A stretch of DNA of 64,000 bases from Raillietiella orientalis (taxonomy: Eukaryota), in NCBI GenBank assembly GCA_036172245.1, contig JAYWIR010000095.1, forward strand, positions 124,001-188,000, read 5' to 3'. This document shows, piece by piece, positions 45,701-60,483 of the stretch. The notes beneath the pieces were generated by a model. The model saw only the letters and a program-made list of their open reading frames with translations, had not been told where the DNA came from and searched no databases. Position numbers and translations under genes: made by a program. How positions within the stretch are numbered: position 1 is the stretch's first letter; each line of letters starts with the position of its first letter.

Positions 45701-48700
45701 CAGACAAAGAACTAATAATATAGTCAAATATCGGTATCACAACTCTGTTGCTGAAATTGGAAAAAATCGCTCCATGGAAAGGAAAAAAAAAAAAAGACTG
45801 CTTCTCATCAGAAGTTATCGCTTTTACTGAGAAATTCCCTTCCTGGGAAGTCTAGACGATGCTCAAAGATGGCAGCCATTGCTCTCTATCTTGCAGAGGA
45901 CTGAGCAGTTCTGTGCAAATGTTTCCTGATTCTTGAAACATATCTTTTTCATTCAATAAAATTAATTCAGAAATTGCTTTAAGTACTATCTTGGTAGTTA
46001 ATTATGATTCCATAAAGAGTTCAGCAAGACCATTCGACAAGAATTCCTTGATTTTCACTTTAATTCTCTCTAGCAATCGAAGACCTCGCATGCAATGCTT
46101 AACATTTGCTAAACGGATAATAAGAAAATAAGTATCTTGAGCTACTACTTCCTGTCCCTTGATTTTTGCATCCCAATATTTTTTTTTTTTATTTTTGGAA
46201 AATGATCAACGCAAATTTTTCAGAATTATTTCTGAATTTTTTATTCCGTTCCCAACCTCCATATCGGCTTTTCAATTCGTTGCCCGTGCGACCAACAAAA
46301 AAGCTATGGATTCTGATTATCCGCTCAATACAGTATCTCTGGACCAGGATCTTAAGGCTTGCTTCTCTTATTCATATGCCAAAATATGGATCGACACTAG
46401 GAAGCAGGCACAGGTGAATAAAAAAGTTAGGCACGCCAAAAGCGGAAACCAAATCCAAGATCTGAGGTGTGCCAGGAATCAAAGAAGATCAACATTTACC
46501 AAGGAAAAAGAAACTGAATAACGGCTTGATTAAAATGTCTGTAACAGCGTCGCGATCCTCTTACCATCAGTTACATAGTTAGCAGTCTCTTAACCAGCTA
46601 AGAAATAATCAAAGATCTCGACCATTTGAGACAGTTTATTCACCTAACAAGCCAATCCAAGAATTCAAAAGGGTTTACATGTAACCATAATCCAGAGGGC
46701 ACGCAAAATGTCAATCCCAACGTCGGGAACCGATGTCAACGATACGTGGAAAAGACTGGCTGCATTGACACGTGCAATCGAAGTCAGTTCCGTTCCTGCA
46801 AATCCAAGGGCCGCATCAAGTGGAGATGGAATTTCCCTGAAAAGATGAACATCAAATCCAGAGTCATCATTGGACGTTAATTACTTGATCCACGGATTCT
46901 ATCTGTGAAAAATTCCATATCCGGAAAAGCATTCTTCCAACCAAAGCAATGGAGTATCTTGAGCTACCAACACTCATTAATAGACATATGGTTGGGATGT
47001 CGTGGAGAAACTTTTTTTGGTAAGAAATGATGTTTTGGAGTAAACAGAAAAATCATTATAGAGTGGCCAGGAGCTTTAATCGTGTGATTTAATCGATGTA
47101 AGCGAGAGAGTGTAATTCATGCATTCACTTACTGCAAACACGATACGATTTTGTGAAACTCATTTGCAGAGATCGCAAATAATATAATCTCTACGATTTC
47201 ATAAAGCACCCACCAATAAACAAAACTCGAAATTTAAAACGTCACAGGAAAATTGATTGCAACATAAATAAAATCATATGCTCACTTGTTTATAGGTACC
47301 CTTGATATAAGGAAAGGAAATCGTAGACCATTTAAAACATGTTTGAAAATCATAAAGTAACAATCCAAAGATTAACAGCTTGGATAACTTATTTTTTATT
47401 GCGGAACACCGAAAAACTTCCGAACTTGCTGGACTTTTCCTTGTCAGATACGGTTAAGAGTGTGCAAAAGATTGAGTGTCGAGGAAGTCTTTAAATCTCA
47501 CAGTGCGACCCTGCAACTGCCATTTTCCAGCGGAACGCGACTTTCTCACGTGAAACACGGAAGGAGCGCCCACAGATGAAAGACTGAAGACCAACGTCCA
47601 CGTTCAGCAATACGGAACTCGGCAAAAAGAATGCATTAAATTTGAAGCAGCCGCAAGACAGGCTGCAAACAAGGAAAGGACAGACAGTTTCAAGCCACTT
47701 CGAAGTAATCTCGAATGATACTGTCCAAAAGAATTGCAGCGTCATAATTCGCAGATTACATGGAGTACATTTGTGGGATTGAAAGATGGTGACGTGCGAG
47801 CCTCCTTTCATGGAGCCGGCCACGCTGAGGTTTTACGAGACAGATGAAACTCAAGGCATGAAATAAGAGTCACCTGCTGTGTGCTTCAGGATCCTGCGAA
47901 GGAGGTATCTCCGAACATCCTGATTTACACTGGTTCTCGTGCGTGTTTTCACTGCACAACCGAAAGATTCAATTTTTGATAATTAATACGAGAAGATGCA
48001 GTTGAAGGCGACGGGTGAGCCTTCTCTTTTCGTGGACCCGCACTCATTGATGGAGCACCTAAGCCGTGCAAGAAAACGCCACTCGCTCCCAATGAAAGTC
48101 GCAAAAAAACATTGCGGAGTGAAGATCTAAAAAAAGCGAAAAAAATTCAAGAGTTCCTCCAACTGGAAAAGAATAGGATTTCCAAAATTTTCCTCCCATT
48201 TGCTTTTCAAGAGACATATCAAACAACATGCATTCCAGTATGCATTGCAGAAATCAAAGAACGGGGGGAAAACAAAAGCGGAAAATGTGAAGAGGAAGAA
48301 CAAAACAAGAATCAGGGGAGGTGACAAAAAAGAAAAAAAAAGGGAAGGGCCTTTTCCTCTCTCTTCCGATTCGACGTGAAATCAAAGGGAATTTCGCAAA
48401 TCAAAACTTCTGCTCCCTTTGAGAACGAAGTAACTTTCGCAGAATTGACAGATTTTACGGTTACCAGGAAACAGTTGCCTCTACTCTGAAGACCTGGAAG
48501 CACTGTCTCCATGCTTTCACGAAGGCATTTCCGTCCAGCATCAGCATTCACTCTGATTCGAACTGCTGTCAAATGACAATTTTTGCATCGATATATTACG
48601 ATGCCCATTTGCTAATTAGCAGCCACGAACGAACTCACAAACACTTCTCTGTACCCACATTTCGTGGTGAGCTGACAAATTAAGGACTTTATTCCTCACC

Positions 48701-51700
48701 TGAAATTCAAATGCTAACCTTTCCAAGCATCCCGAATAACATCTGGAAGAAAAAGAAGAAGAAAAAAAAGGCTCTCCGTGTGTCTCAACGTTCTTCTATC
48801 GCTCAATCTACCCGTTCTCAATCTTCGAGTGCAATTATGCCGTGAGCCAACGAGTTTCCCAGTTAAAGGATTACGACGATTCACCACGAGAGCGGCTTTC
48901 GTTTTCTTTGCTTTCAAAGTTGCTTTCGTGCTTTTCATAATTTCGTTGGCTGCCTTCATAGACGCGACTAATCAGCAACAAACAAGCACTGGTAAGAAGT
49001 TCAGCATTGCCATCAGGCATTTCGGACCGACGGTGTGACCTCTCCAGCTGCGTTGGCACGTGCTTTTTCGGGCATGCCTGACCACGGACTCCGCGGTCAT
49101 CGCACGCCTGGGTCGCGGTTCCTGGCCGATCCCCGTCCTTCGGCGCCTGTCGATCCAGGTGGATTCCAGCTTTCCAGAAGTGGTGGTGGTTGAACCTTGA
49201 GCGAAGCTCGTAAGTGGAGGGAGTGCAGTACCTGTAGGAGAACGACAGCAAGAGCGTGGAAGGCGTGGCTTCCTTTCAGGGAGCAAGGAAGCTCAGCGTT
49301 TGCTGAAATGGAGGAAACGAGCGAGGACTGCTTGCTCGTCCTCTTTTGCTCTTCGCGAGCTCCTCGAAACGTGGACGTGCTTTATGTTTTGATTCTTGTC
49401 TTACCGAACTCTTGGACACGGAAGGGGTGGCAGGTGAAAAGACTCTTAGCCGACTGCGTATGTTTACCGGGATGAAGAAGATTCCGGAAAAATCCCTTCG
49501 AAGAAAATCGCGAGTGTTTGTTGTGGCAATATTGATTTGACATTTTTCAATTCAGTTGGTTTTCGTGAAGGGTGTTGCAAAAAATGGAAATGAGGTTTAG
49601 AACTTTTTTGTCATTGTAAATTGATTTTAGCCGCTAAATGGAAATTTTTTCGATGCTGATTGTATTTGGCTTCAGGCCGTCGTTGCAAAGAGTGACACCG
49701 CCTGCTTTTGATCTTGATGCTTTAGGAATGTTTGCACGCACTGTAATGAAAGGGGTGGTAGGATGAATTCATTCTTACTCAACGAATTGTATTTTTCGAA
49801 AAAATGCTGTAAATTTCTCTGGATTGTATTTCGAACAGTTGCAGAGAGAGATGTCTAATACAAGTAGCTTCGGCAGAAGGTATGGTGAAAGCCAATCTGT
49901 CTTCAAATGATTTTCGAAATGTGGTGCGCGAGATTTGAATTCTGAATATGGTCTTGGTGATCTACGGGAAAAGAGTGATGCTCGAGGCGTGCGGAGGCAG
50001 CTGTTACATGTTGTCAGCAGCAGTAGTGTGCAAAGGACTGCGCAAGTGAAGGAAAATCATCACCTTGGGTTTTGAGTGCAAATTCAAAACCGTTGAGCTT
50101 TTTGTTTTGTAGCAAAGTGTTGGGCTGAATTAAAGGTCCAGGGACAGGGATGTTTAGTTGTACAGTATGCAGCTGCACGTGAAGGGTGTTGCCGAGGATT
50201 GATTTTTCCACTTTTTTCTTGAATTTTGTCCCTAGGAACATGCAGTAAAAAATTGTGCACTTCCTGTGCCCTTGCCTGCACAAATAGTAGTCTTGTCTGA
50301 AACCTTTTGATGCTAAACCCAAACAGTTGCTCCCTTATTTTTAAAAAGGCATCAAACTTGGCTCCAAATTACCAAATGTCTCAAGGGCACCATTGGTATT
50401 TCTTCTTGTTATTGTGAAAGTGAAAGTTCTGCTTGCTAATATGCTATGATTCACAGTTCTTAGGGTTGGTGGATGGAATCCAAGTTTTCAGTGGGCTTCT
50501 ACAGCTGAAAAGCTGACAGTGAAAATTCCAAGCAACAAGCTTTTGTGAATTTAGGGAGATTACAAGGTAGGCTGTTATTTGAAAAGCAACACTTGGTGTT
50601 GTCTGAATTGGAAAATTTTGAATCCTTTCATTCCTGATTGGATACAGCTATCCTTGCTTGTTATGTTTGCTTTCACATCAAGTGTTTTATAGGTATATCA
50701 GTGGATGCCAGTTTGGAGGATGTGTGTGCTTTATCCCAGCATGTTGTTGCTTTGAGGAGTAAAAAAGTTTCCAGACTGCAAATTCCAGCAAACAGTAGTC
50801 TTGAGAGACTTGGTTTCTGCATTCTTTCAAGCTGGACTTTCGGATGTTGTGCACGATCCCTTTGAAACTTGCAAACTTTCTGTTGGTACTTCAAGATGAT
50901 CAACTTGTTTATTCAGTGATCAGTCTTCTCAAGGTGTTTTGGTTGATAGTTGATTTATGAATTCCAGAAATGCAAGCCTTATCTTGTTAACTGGCAAAAT
51001 GAGAGAATACGGCATTCACATATCCAAAATAACATCAGAAAGTTTTTTGCCCACATTGGATGCTTTGCGGTTAAGGCTTCCATGCATCGTGGGTCTGAAT
51101 ACTCTGGCAGAAACTGATGCCACTGTGTGATTGGGTTCCAAGTATCTGCTGCAAGATGGCGCTGGCTGGCCTACAAACATTCGGATGTGGCACCGGTAGT
51201 GGTTAAAACTGGAAGCCCCTGATGAAGGCCAGAACAATGGGAGTCAACCTTCGGGTCCTTCCAGGAATCAAGGAGTGGGGAATCGTCTCCTCTGGTCTTG
51301 CAATGGAGAGTGGATCCCCCACACCAGAGGGACCCTTCCGGTTCATTCAGATGGAGTAAAAAGGCACCTCTCCAGATGTGTTGTTAAAGTAGTGGACCCC
51401 CTCCCCATTGTGGAGGGGAACCTTCCTCCGAGACTGTTGTGCTGACAGAGGAGGTGCCTCGCCACCTCTGCAGAGAGTGCAAAGAAGCGAGAGCGATCCC
51501 TCCAGGGAGGCAGTACCCCTTCTGAATTTCGGAAGCATCCCTTTGGGGTTCTCTTCAGAGTAGTGTCTCCCTGTCAGGCATTCCTCTTTTGCTTCCGCAT
51601 TGTTTGGATTTCAGAAAAGAATTATTGACATTCTTTGCAAGCTTAAAAAACTTTCTAATTAATATCACCTTTTGAAGTAACATGCATTGAGGTAATGGGA

Positions 51701-54700
51701 TGTTTCTTGCTCTCCCAGAGTTCGTGTGGAGATGTTGACTAGGGAGGTTTTTCTTGCTTTTTGTTGGGTTGGATTATGTCATAAAGCATCTGTTGCTTTG
51801 AAAGATGCATAATGGGCTTTTTCTGAGAAAGTGGAATTGATGAAATCTGCAAACATAGTAAAGCATGCAAGTTTATCTTTGAGAAGCAGTTTGCTTGCAT
51901 TCGTGCTGTTTTCTGAATGTCTGGTCTTTCAAAGTGCAGCATCTTTAGGACTGAATGAATGATATGTGAGCATTCTGCATAAAGCATTTGCTTTACCAGC
52001 TTCAGTTGAATGACAGAGACAGAATAACTGTGACTGTATGAATTTGGTTGCTTTCAAAAATGTGGTAGGGGTTCTGCTTACACCAATTTCTTGCATCACT
52101 TATGCAGCAGCAGTCGCTTTGTGACGCTGAGTTGTGAACGTTGTACGTCTGTTTTGAATGTGCAACTTTTCTGTTTGTCTTGGCCATAGGAAAAAGTATT
52201 CCTACAAAAAATGGAACCTCATGGCCAAAGTCACTGATAAAATGATGCAATGTGTAGCAGAGCAAATGATTGGTAATTTACTATCAGATGTTCTCATTCT
52301 TTTTCCGAATCCTGTATCCAGGAAGGATGCCATTTTGAGGTCTCAGTTAATAGATAATATTGCCTGATCATGCAAAGTACATTACCTTCTGAAATGTTTC
52401 TGTGGAAGATGTAATGCGGAGGTAACTTTACATCTGCCACAGTGGTATACGTTTATGATATAGTTGACTATACCTCTGCAATCATACATTTGGTGGAGGT
52501 AGCTTCACACAAGACCAAGTCTGAATCCTAGGAAATGGATGAGGATTAATAGGCTTGTTAATTTCTGTTGCATGATATCTGTTTGAAAGGAAATTCTTTT
52601 GAGATGAAGGTGACATCAGAAAGGTATATGTGGTTTAGACCTACAAAGAAATTGCAGCACTTGGGAGTGTGCACAGTACATTGTGGCCAACAATCATTGT
52701 GGAAGTAATTGGAAGTTGATGAATTTGTATCTAGGGTGAAGATTCTAAATGTGCACACAGGTAGAGGGAAAGTACTTGTTTTCCTTTGGCTACTTTGCAC
52801 ATCGCTATTGGTGTGTGCTGATTGTTGGCTGCCTCTGTATTGATTTGCAACAGCTAGCAGCACATGCTACTTGTTGCTGAGCTTCTGTTGTTTTTTCCAA
52901 AATTCGTTGGCATGAAGAATCTGTTGCGGAATGTAAAATCGCAAAAGAAACGATGCTGAGGATCACTGTAAAATTTAGCAAAAATTCGGAGAAAACAGCC
53001 AGTTGAATGAACAGGTGAAATGCTGGTTGGTGTGCCTGTGTTGTAGTTTGCTGTGAATTGTTTTGACTTGTACTTCAGCTCACATGTGGAGAACATACAC
53101 TCATGGAACCTTCGAGCTGCTTTACAATTTGCTGGTCCACAGAACACAATACTGGGTTGGCATATCAAGTAGTCCCCCCTCTTCTCCCAAATGGTTGGGT
53201 GCCTGAATGTATGCAATTATTGCGTTTCATGTGCATTAACAAAGTTTCCTGGATCAGATGAGCCACAGGGGTGCAATGTGTGTTTTGGAAATGATTGCTG
53301 ATATGCTTAACCACAGTCTATTGGGAAAGGGAATCCCTTGTACTGTTCTTTGTGGAGAGAAAGCAGATGTAATCAAGCACTGCTTATTCTTGCATTTCAG
53401 CCAATTTTTTCCTCCACCCTGTTGATATCGTTGTTCACCGCTTTTAAAGTAATGAATGGTCCCAAAGTACGCATGGATGTGTGTACTTTGTGCTGGATTT
53501 TGCATGGGACTTTGTGTTTTTCAAGTAGTTTTTCTTTTTGTCATTCCCAAAGTGTGTGGAATTGAGTGTTGGTCTACTCGAATAGCATTTGCGATTGAGA
53601 GTTCGATTTTGCATCCTGAGCAGCACCTTGGGTTCTTTCATGCTTGAGCGCATCCATTTCATGGGAACAGAGATGAAATGAGAACTAACATGATTAAATG
53701 TGAGGAGAAGTAGCTTGAAATGCATGTCATAAGCAAAGCAGGTGAAATTTCGGCCGTTTTTCTTTTTTCTGGGGGGAGAAAATGGCATTTAACCAATAGC
53801 CATGCTTTCTTGCATCAAGAATTCAGGAGTCTTTTTTGAACGTATCCTGGATTTGCCTGTTCCGGTTTCGAGCATCAGTGAAGGGCTTTGTCGGAGAACA
53901 TTTCTCGTTGGAGGGAGATGTGGGAAGCAGAAGGTAACTTGCATCTTTGAAGGAAAAACTGATTAAGTGAAGGAAAGTAAACGAATACCTGCTATTGATC
54001 TATTTGTCCTTCATTGTATTCTGAAGACTCTTCGTAAAGAACGTGGTAATTTTCGGGTCGAAGGGTGTTCAGTTGATGCTGGCACGTCTGTAGAAGGAAC
54101 CTGGTTGCCATTAACAAATAACGGGCACTTTCCTGGTGATGGGAATGCTTCATTGGCGGCTGTCGGCCGGTAGCGAAGAACCGTTTGGTTTGTGCCTGAG
54201 CTCCGTGTACCGCGAATTGAACAGAATCCTACTCGAAGGAAAGAAAAAAAAAAAGTAGGAAAGGAAAGAAAGAAAGGGTATTTTTTTTTATTCTTAACAT
54301 GTTCCTTATGTGATGACGATTAGAGAAGATTTGGCCATTTTTGTGGACCCATTGCTTCGCAGATTGTCAGTGCCTCGTATGCTAAACTCTTCAAGTGCCA
54401 TCACTGCTTTTTACTCTTTTCAAGCTTCAGTGTTCGAAAAGAAGAGCACCGTGAAGCTCTTGCAGATCGACGCGGATTAACCGATCTTATTTGTTTTTAA
54501 AAGAGATCGGAGGTTGCGGAATTCACTTTATCCTGCAAGTTGTACTTGGCTTGTTTTGATTCGGATCTTCATCTCTTGTCGGCCAAGTGAGTCCGAACCC
54601 TCTTCTCTTTCGTCTGCTGCTGACCATCCGATCTGGAATGTGGAATGCGTGTGTGATTCCTCGACTTGCACAGTATGCTGAAGAACTGAACGATGCGTTC

Positions 54701-57700
54701 CTGGATTCAGATGTGCGGTGCGAACCCAACGGTCAGCTGCCGCACGAATCCAAGTGAAACTGAGGCGGCAGTATAATAAAGCCTTCGATGAAGTTTTTGC
54801 TGAGTTGAGGATACGTCCAGGTCGCATCGGTGGAGCCCCTTTGCCATAGATGTGATGCTTGCTGGGCGTCATCGCGTCTTTGAAATCCCTGAAGCGCGTC
54901 CTCGTGGGAGGCCAGGAGTAGTGACCTGGAAGCGTTTCCCCGAGGAGACTTCGATTCTGAATTGCAGAGAGCCGTCCGTGTTTTCAACTGTTTGACTGTG
55001 CGTTTTCGTATCTGACGTATCCGTCCGTAAAACATGCATTTTCAGTACGTACAGTAAAGCTCGGAAATCTCCCTTTGTACAACATTCTGGATAACGCTCC
55101 TTTTGTTTGTGCTCATGGTAGCCATCCACGGTGCTGGGCGCATGAGTTCACGTGGATTGAGCCTCTACAGCAAGAAGACAAAAAGGGGTAAACGTCCATT
55201 GCCATGGCCTCGTCGCTGGCTGCAGACGGCAATGTTCCTATTTTCAGGTTTCAGTAGCTGTGGTTCCAATAGCTGATATCGTCGAATGCATTTTGCGTTG
55301 ATGATGCGATGTCTCTAATAAAAATCTCTGATGGCATAGCGTGCTTTTGGGGAAATTTTTCTGCGAGGATGGCCACATTTTCTTCATCAAAGATTTCTTC
55401 CTCGTTTGCGGATGGATACGATAGTCTGCTTCGATTTGTTTTCCTTACTGGAAGAAGTGTTTGTCGTGAGCAGTTCTCGTTCGCTTTGATCATTCGTAAG
55501 TAGAGTTTCTCGAAGAAGATTAGTGGAAAACGGGGTGTTTGTCCACCTTCCCGTGAGGATGGTTTCAAGCACGATCGATGGGAATCAGGGACGCGATACC
55601 CGCCAGTATGGGAAAGCCAAAAGCAGGTAAAAGGAAAGGGAAACTGAAATCTTTGCACTGATCGGGAGGAATAACGAGATCACAAACGGTCCAAGAGCAA
55701 TAAGCATGCAATAAGAATACGAGGACCAAGCAGTTGTGGATTCCGGCTCATGTTGAGAATAGTAAGGACGTGCTCAGTAAACAGGGAACCCGGCAGTGCT
55801 GCATTTACAGATGAAGGATGTGTTCTCTTTCTCTTGCCGATGACTGGCTAATACATTGTGTACTGTTGGTAATTTCCCTTGGTTCCAGAGATCGTGTTTT
55901 TTTGCGGATCTCCCTCCCGGATGGCTTTCGATTTTCATATCTTCCGGACATTTTTCGGCGGGATGCGAATACGAATCAGAGCGCCGTGCACACGGAACCT
56001 GTCGGTGAATGCACTTTCTCGTTCAAGTTCTCCGTGAATCCTTCAGCATCCAGGGTTGTTTGGATTGATCCTTTTTTCTTCTCTCTTAGAAAATGCTCTG
56101 TTGTCGCGTTTGTGCGACAAAGTGTCCGTTCAAAGGCAGCTGACGTGCATTGCCTCATTCTCTGAAGCGGTGCTTTGCGATCCAGTCTTCAGCGTATGGC
56201 AGACTCACTCTGTATCCAAAGCATGCATATGTACAAGATGTGGAAGAGGAAGCTCTGTGAAGGTGGTAAGCTTGTAATAACAAATGCGGTTCCGAAAGCG
56301 GCACATCTCGCTTGAAAGAAACCTTGATTTGCGTTCCTTCATTCCTGGAATTGACACTCGAATGCAAAGAGGACCAGTGAGAAGAAGCAACGGAAGGGGG
56401 GGAGAAGAAAAAGAATTGCAATGCAGGAGGACCGATTTGTTCTTTCTTTCCTTCGGCTGAATCAGTTGGATCAACACAGAGAGGGAGATTGAATCAGCTG
56501 AATCAGTCCAGGTAACCGCCATTCTTTCCAAAATGCGGAAGACTTTTCAAAGAGATCGGAAGAGTGGAGAAGGAAGGGTTGGATGCAAGCCTCGTGTCCG
56601 ATTGCACCTGCGCGGAATGCCGGGAAAGGGAATGCAGTTTCCAGGTTGCAGGATTTCCGAATTTCGCTAAAGTGGCTTCTGGTTGAGGTTCATTCATGCC
56701 CGCGGCAGGCTGCTTTTTGCGCGATGCGTATGGAGCACGTGATTGCTCTCAGCTTCACACCCTATCGATTTCTGTTCCTCCGAGGGAAGCCACTTTCCAC
56801 AAAGGAAGGCCGAGCGAAAGAAAATCGCGAATCATTTTTGAGAAGAAGCTCATGTTGCTTCGGAGGCTTGCAGCTCGTGTTTGCAATAGGAGAACTTTTT
56901 GTTGGCAGAAAATGCCAAGCCCGTGAATGGGGGACAGGGGTTCAAGATGTTCTTTGCTTCATGCGCATCTCACTTGCTCGTACGACAGAGACCACTGAAC
57001 CGAGCCTTCCTGTTTGCGGAGCGTGGTTGCAGGGAAGTACTTGCATCCAGAGGTAGGTGAGTCGAACCGAAAGGATCGTTTCGCGATGATTGCGCAACGG
57101 CCAAAGGCCGGTGTCGAACGGCCGCGGGGTGGGGTTTGGTGCGTCTTACTGCTGCGGGGGGAGGAGTAGCGAACCGTGTTTTCGAGGGCTCGAAGCAGGC
57201 GCTCCATGTGTTGCGGAAGCGAACGAATGTCTTGCCAACGATCATCTTCAAGTTCAGGAATCTGTTTTCGAGAAGGCTTCCCGCCGAAAGGATCATGCCG
57301 TCAAAACGATCATCTCTGTCGTGAGAATGAATACCAGTCTGGAAGGCAAGAAACGGAGTCTTTTACACACTCACTTTAGTCCTCTGGTGGCCTTTACCTT
57401 TCCTCTCTGCGTGTTTGTCTGGGAAGCCATTCGATCCCAGTTTCGCCTTTCCTTTCACGACTCTCGCGGTAATCTCGCGTATGATGGGAAGAACTGTTCC
57501 TGCGAAGAGCGCATCGATGCGAGCGTCGCGGATTTCATAGTGCACGACGTTTGCGAGCTCCCCGTGAGAGCTGCTTCTCGCTCCCCCATAGACGCATCGT
57601 GGGTCTTCAGCTCGAATTCCCCAGCGAGTGTCCGCTGAAGGAAGGAACATCTTTGCTCGTTTCTGCAAGCAATTTTGTGCTTTCCCTTTTCGTGCACGCA

Positions 57701-59139
57701 CGAAGGGTGCGTGCAGTGCCAACTGCAAAAGCCCCCCAAGCGATTTCTCAGTCAAGGAGACTTGGTTTCAGTGACCCGGCTTGAGGATGGCTGCCGGTGT
57801 CGGACGAGGAGAAAACGGACACGAATCCAGAATCGGTTCGACCGTTCTGCCGGAAGTTGCGTGCGAGGTACATGGGAAATGGAATACTCAGGTGAGAGGT
57901 CTTCCCTGAGGACAAAGGGTGGCGAGGGAAGGAGGTATCTGGGTTTCTGAGCAATCAGAGAACGGATTCGCAGGACTCGAAGGGATGGGTTGCGAAGGCG
58001 ATTTCGCTCCCAATTTCAGGATTCCGAGCAAACCGGAAATGAATCGCAAGGGAATGTGTCCCGTTGCATAAACCGTGGAACTCGGCTGCGTATTTTTCCT
58101 GTTGGACGCCCGGAGCATTGAGTGTCCGTTCGAGATGCACATCCGCGTTCACAGCATTCGTCTTCAGAGATTTTGCTTGAAGATTGCAGTCAGAAGTGGA
58201 GGATACCGCCAAAACGTTGCAGAATGACATCCAACGTGCAGCTGGATGAAGGAGCATGCGTTGCGTTTTCCGCTTTGCTTTTTTGACGATTTCAGGAAGC
58301 CGGAACTACTCGAAAGGCATGCCGGAAAGGAATCTCCGGAAGATTGTCCCTCTCATTTTCCTTTCGGTGTAGTCCCGGACGAAACGGTAACGCAAGTGGT
58401 TTGTCTACTTGAGAACGTAAGAAGTCTTGCCTGTTGACTTCCAAGGACGTGTTGGATACGGACGGAGAGGTTGGAACTGTTCTTCCAAGATGATTTCTTG
58501 ATGATAAGAATGCTAGTCGATGCTGTCCGCGAATAGCCCGTGTTTTTTTACAGGCGCACTCATCAAGGACTGCTGTCACTTCTGCGTGCATTTGCAACGG
58601 GAAGAGGCTTTTTCGGGTGGATCGCCGGCGGTTCGTGTCTTCCTGCAGGTTTCCGAGAATCTCCTGCCATTTGGTGCCGACTGGTTCTCGGATGCATCTT
58701 GGTGCGTTTGAATAACAAATGCAGGGATGCGTATATTGATTCGGATCGATGATGATGAATGCCTCATTTTGGACAGATGCGATAACGGCCGCCCTGGCCT
58801 TGGAAAGAGAAATGTGGATCCACGTTGCAAATACTCTTACCGGCCATCACGACGAGTTTCTCAGGGTGTGATCGACTTGACGTTGTCGGAGAAGGCACGC
58901 ATGCGTCCCTCTTCCTGAATGCTCGATCATCGTTTCTCCAGTCAGGAGAAGCTTGCTTACCCATCTCCAAGGGATGCGCCTTCACTGAAAATACATACCT
59001 TTTTCTTCTTCAAGTGAAGTTTTTCACAGCTGAATTCCTTGCAGCCAGTGACCGCGGGGTGCTGAGCGGTCTGCGAGTTCGATCCGAAAGGAAAAGGCAT
59101 TCCGTGATACTTCAGGTCTCCCCGTGTTTCTATGCGACA

Positions 59140-60483
59140 ATACCCTTGGATGAGGTATCAGTGGTCCACAGGTGGAGATTTAATGATCTTTGCGTTTCAG
59201 ATTCTCAGGATGCCTCAAAGAAAGAAAAGGCAAAGTTTTCCAAAGGGTGCACTTGACAGGAGAGTTGGTCGGTACCCCTCCAATTCTCTTTATCAGCGAG
59301 GTGTCCTTTTTGACACGCTTCCTGCTCCATGCTACATCGGGGACTCCACAATGTGCCGCTGGGTGTCGGCTGGCAGATAGGAGTTTTGGTATTACTTCTG
59401 GAAGCCGCCATGCGTCGAAGGTCGTGCGATCCCTGTAGCGAGAAGTGACCAACTCTGTACGGATGGATGGCCAGAGGATAAAGGGAGCGAATGGCGTTTT
59501 GATTTCGGATGCTTTTCGCTTCGCCGTCCAGGAGTTTCAATGCAAGGGTTTTGGGTCCAGAGCTCCCTTCCATGTGAAAGCCAAAGTCCGCACCGAGCCT
59601 CTCTGCTTTCGCAGGATTTGGAACTGCTTTTCAGCAGGTGAAGCTGCTCTCCGTGAGATCGGAGGCTGAGTATCGTGCAAGCTGTCTTCCCGTGACAACG
59701 AAAGCAGCTTGTGCAAGAGACTCACCTCCCGCGAAAGGGGGAGCGTATGGGCAGAGTGGAGCCCCACACCAAGGACAAGGCAAAATTGCTCCTTCACCTC
59801 GGCTTCTCGTTAGAGGTGCAGCTGTCAATCGAGTTTGACGTATGAAACAATCTCGTTTCTCTGTGTATTTTCCTTGTACTTTGACCGGGACTGCGATGTG
59901 CAATGACCTGATTCATTTTTCAGCAAGGCATTTTCAAAGTGATGTGAGATGTGCCAAGCAAACAAAAAATTTCTATTTCTTCTTTTTTTGAATACCGGGT
60001 TTGTTCACATGCTGTTTGCACACTAAGTTGATTGAAGCTTCGATTGAGGAGAATAATAATTGGCCAAAATACAGAACATGGTCAACATTATCCTCAGTGT
60101 AAGGCCGCGACTCGCATTTTTCTTGAACTTTCTCTTGGACCTCCATGTGTCGTGTGTTCCAAAAACGGCATTCGTCAGGAAAGACGGTGTCGGCGCTGAA
60201 CCTGCGAGATGCCCCTTCGTGTGGACTGTGGCTTTGAAGAAGAGCATCTTGCAAAATCAGATGGAATTTCTCAAGACTTTTTCATTTTTCTTATGTTGGA
60301 AGTTTCCTATTTTCTGTGCAACAACAAAGTTCCTATGAATCCAATTTTTTTCCTTTTCTCTCCACACAAATTTAGAAGAGTTACTTTTGCTGTGCGTTTG
60401 ACGCATATAATCGCCTTCGACAATTTTCAAGGCGCACCCAGAAATCGAGTTTTGAAAAAAAGTTACTCGCTGAACAGGGTCAA
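59140..60483 (+). mobile_element. piggyBac-like transposase remnant (boundaries uncertain)
   Basis: 60146-60247 reads CVVCSKNGIRQERRCRR*TCEMPLRVDCGFEEEH, like the piggyBac C-terminal Cys-rich domain; weaker IPLDEVSVVHRWRF (IDESM-like) near 59140; possible end AGGG|TCAA (mutated TTAA) at 60476-60483. Confidence 0.5.

Noticed and set aside
51830..51920. C/D-box snoRNA-like TGATGA...CTGA
   Set aside because: No terminal stem or recognisable rRNA guide
54500..55660. Possible LINE RT remnant on the minus strand (FFEKLY...EEEI)
   Set aside because: Core RT motifs not convincingly recoverable
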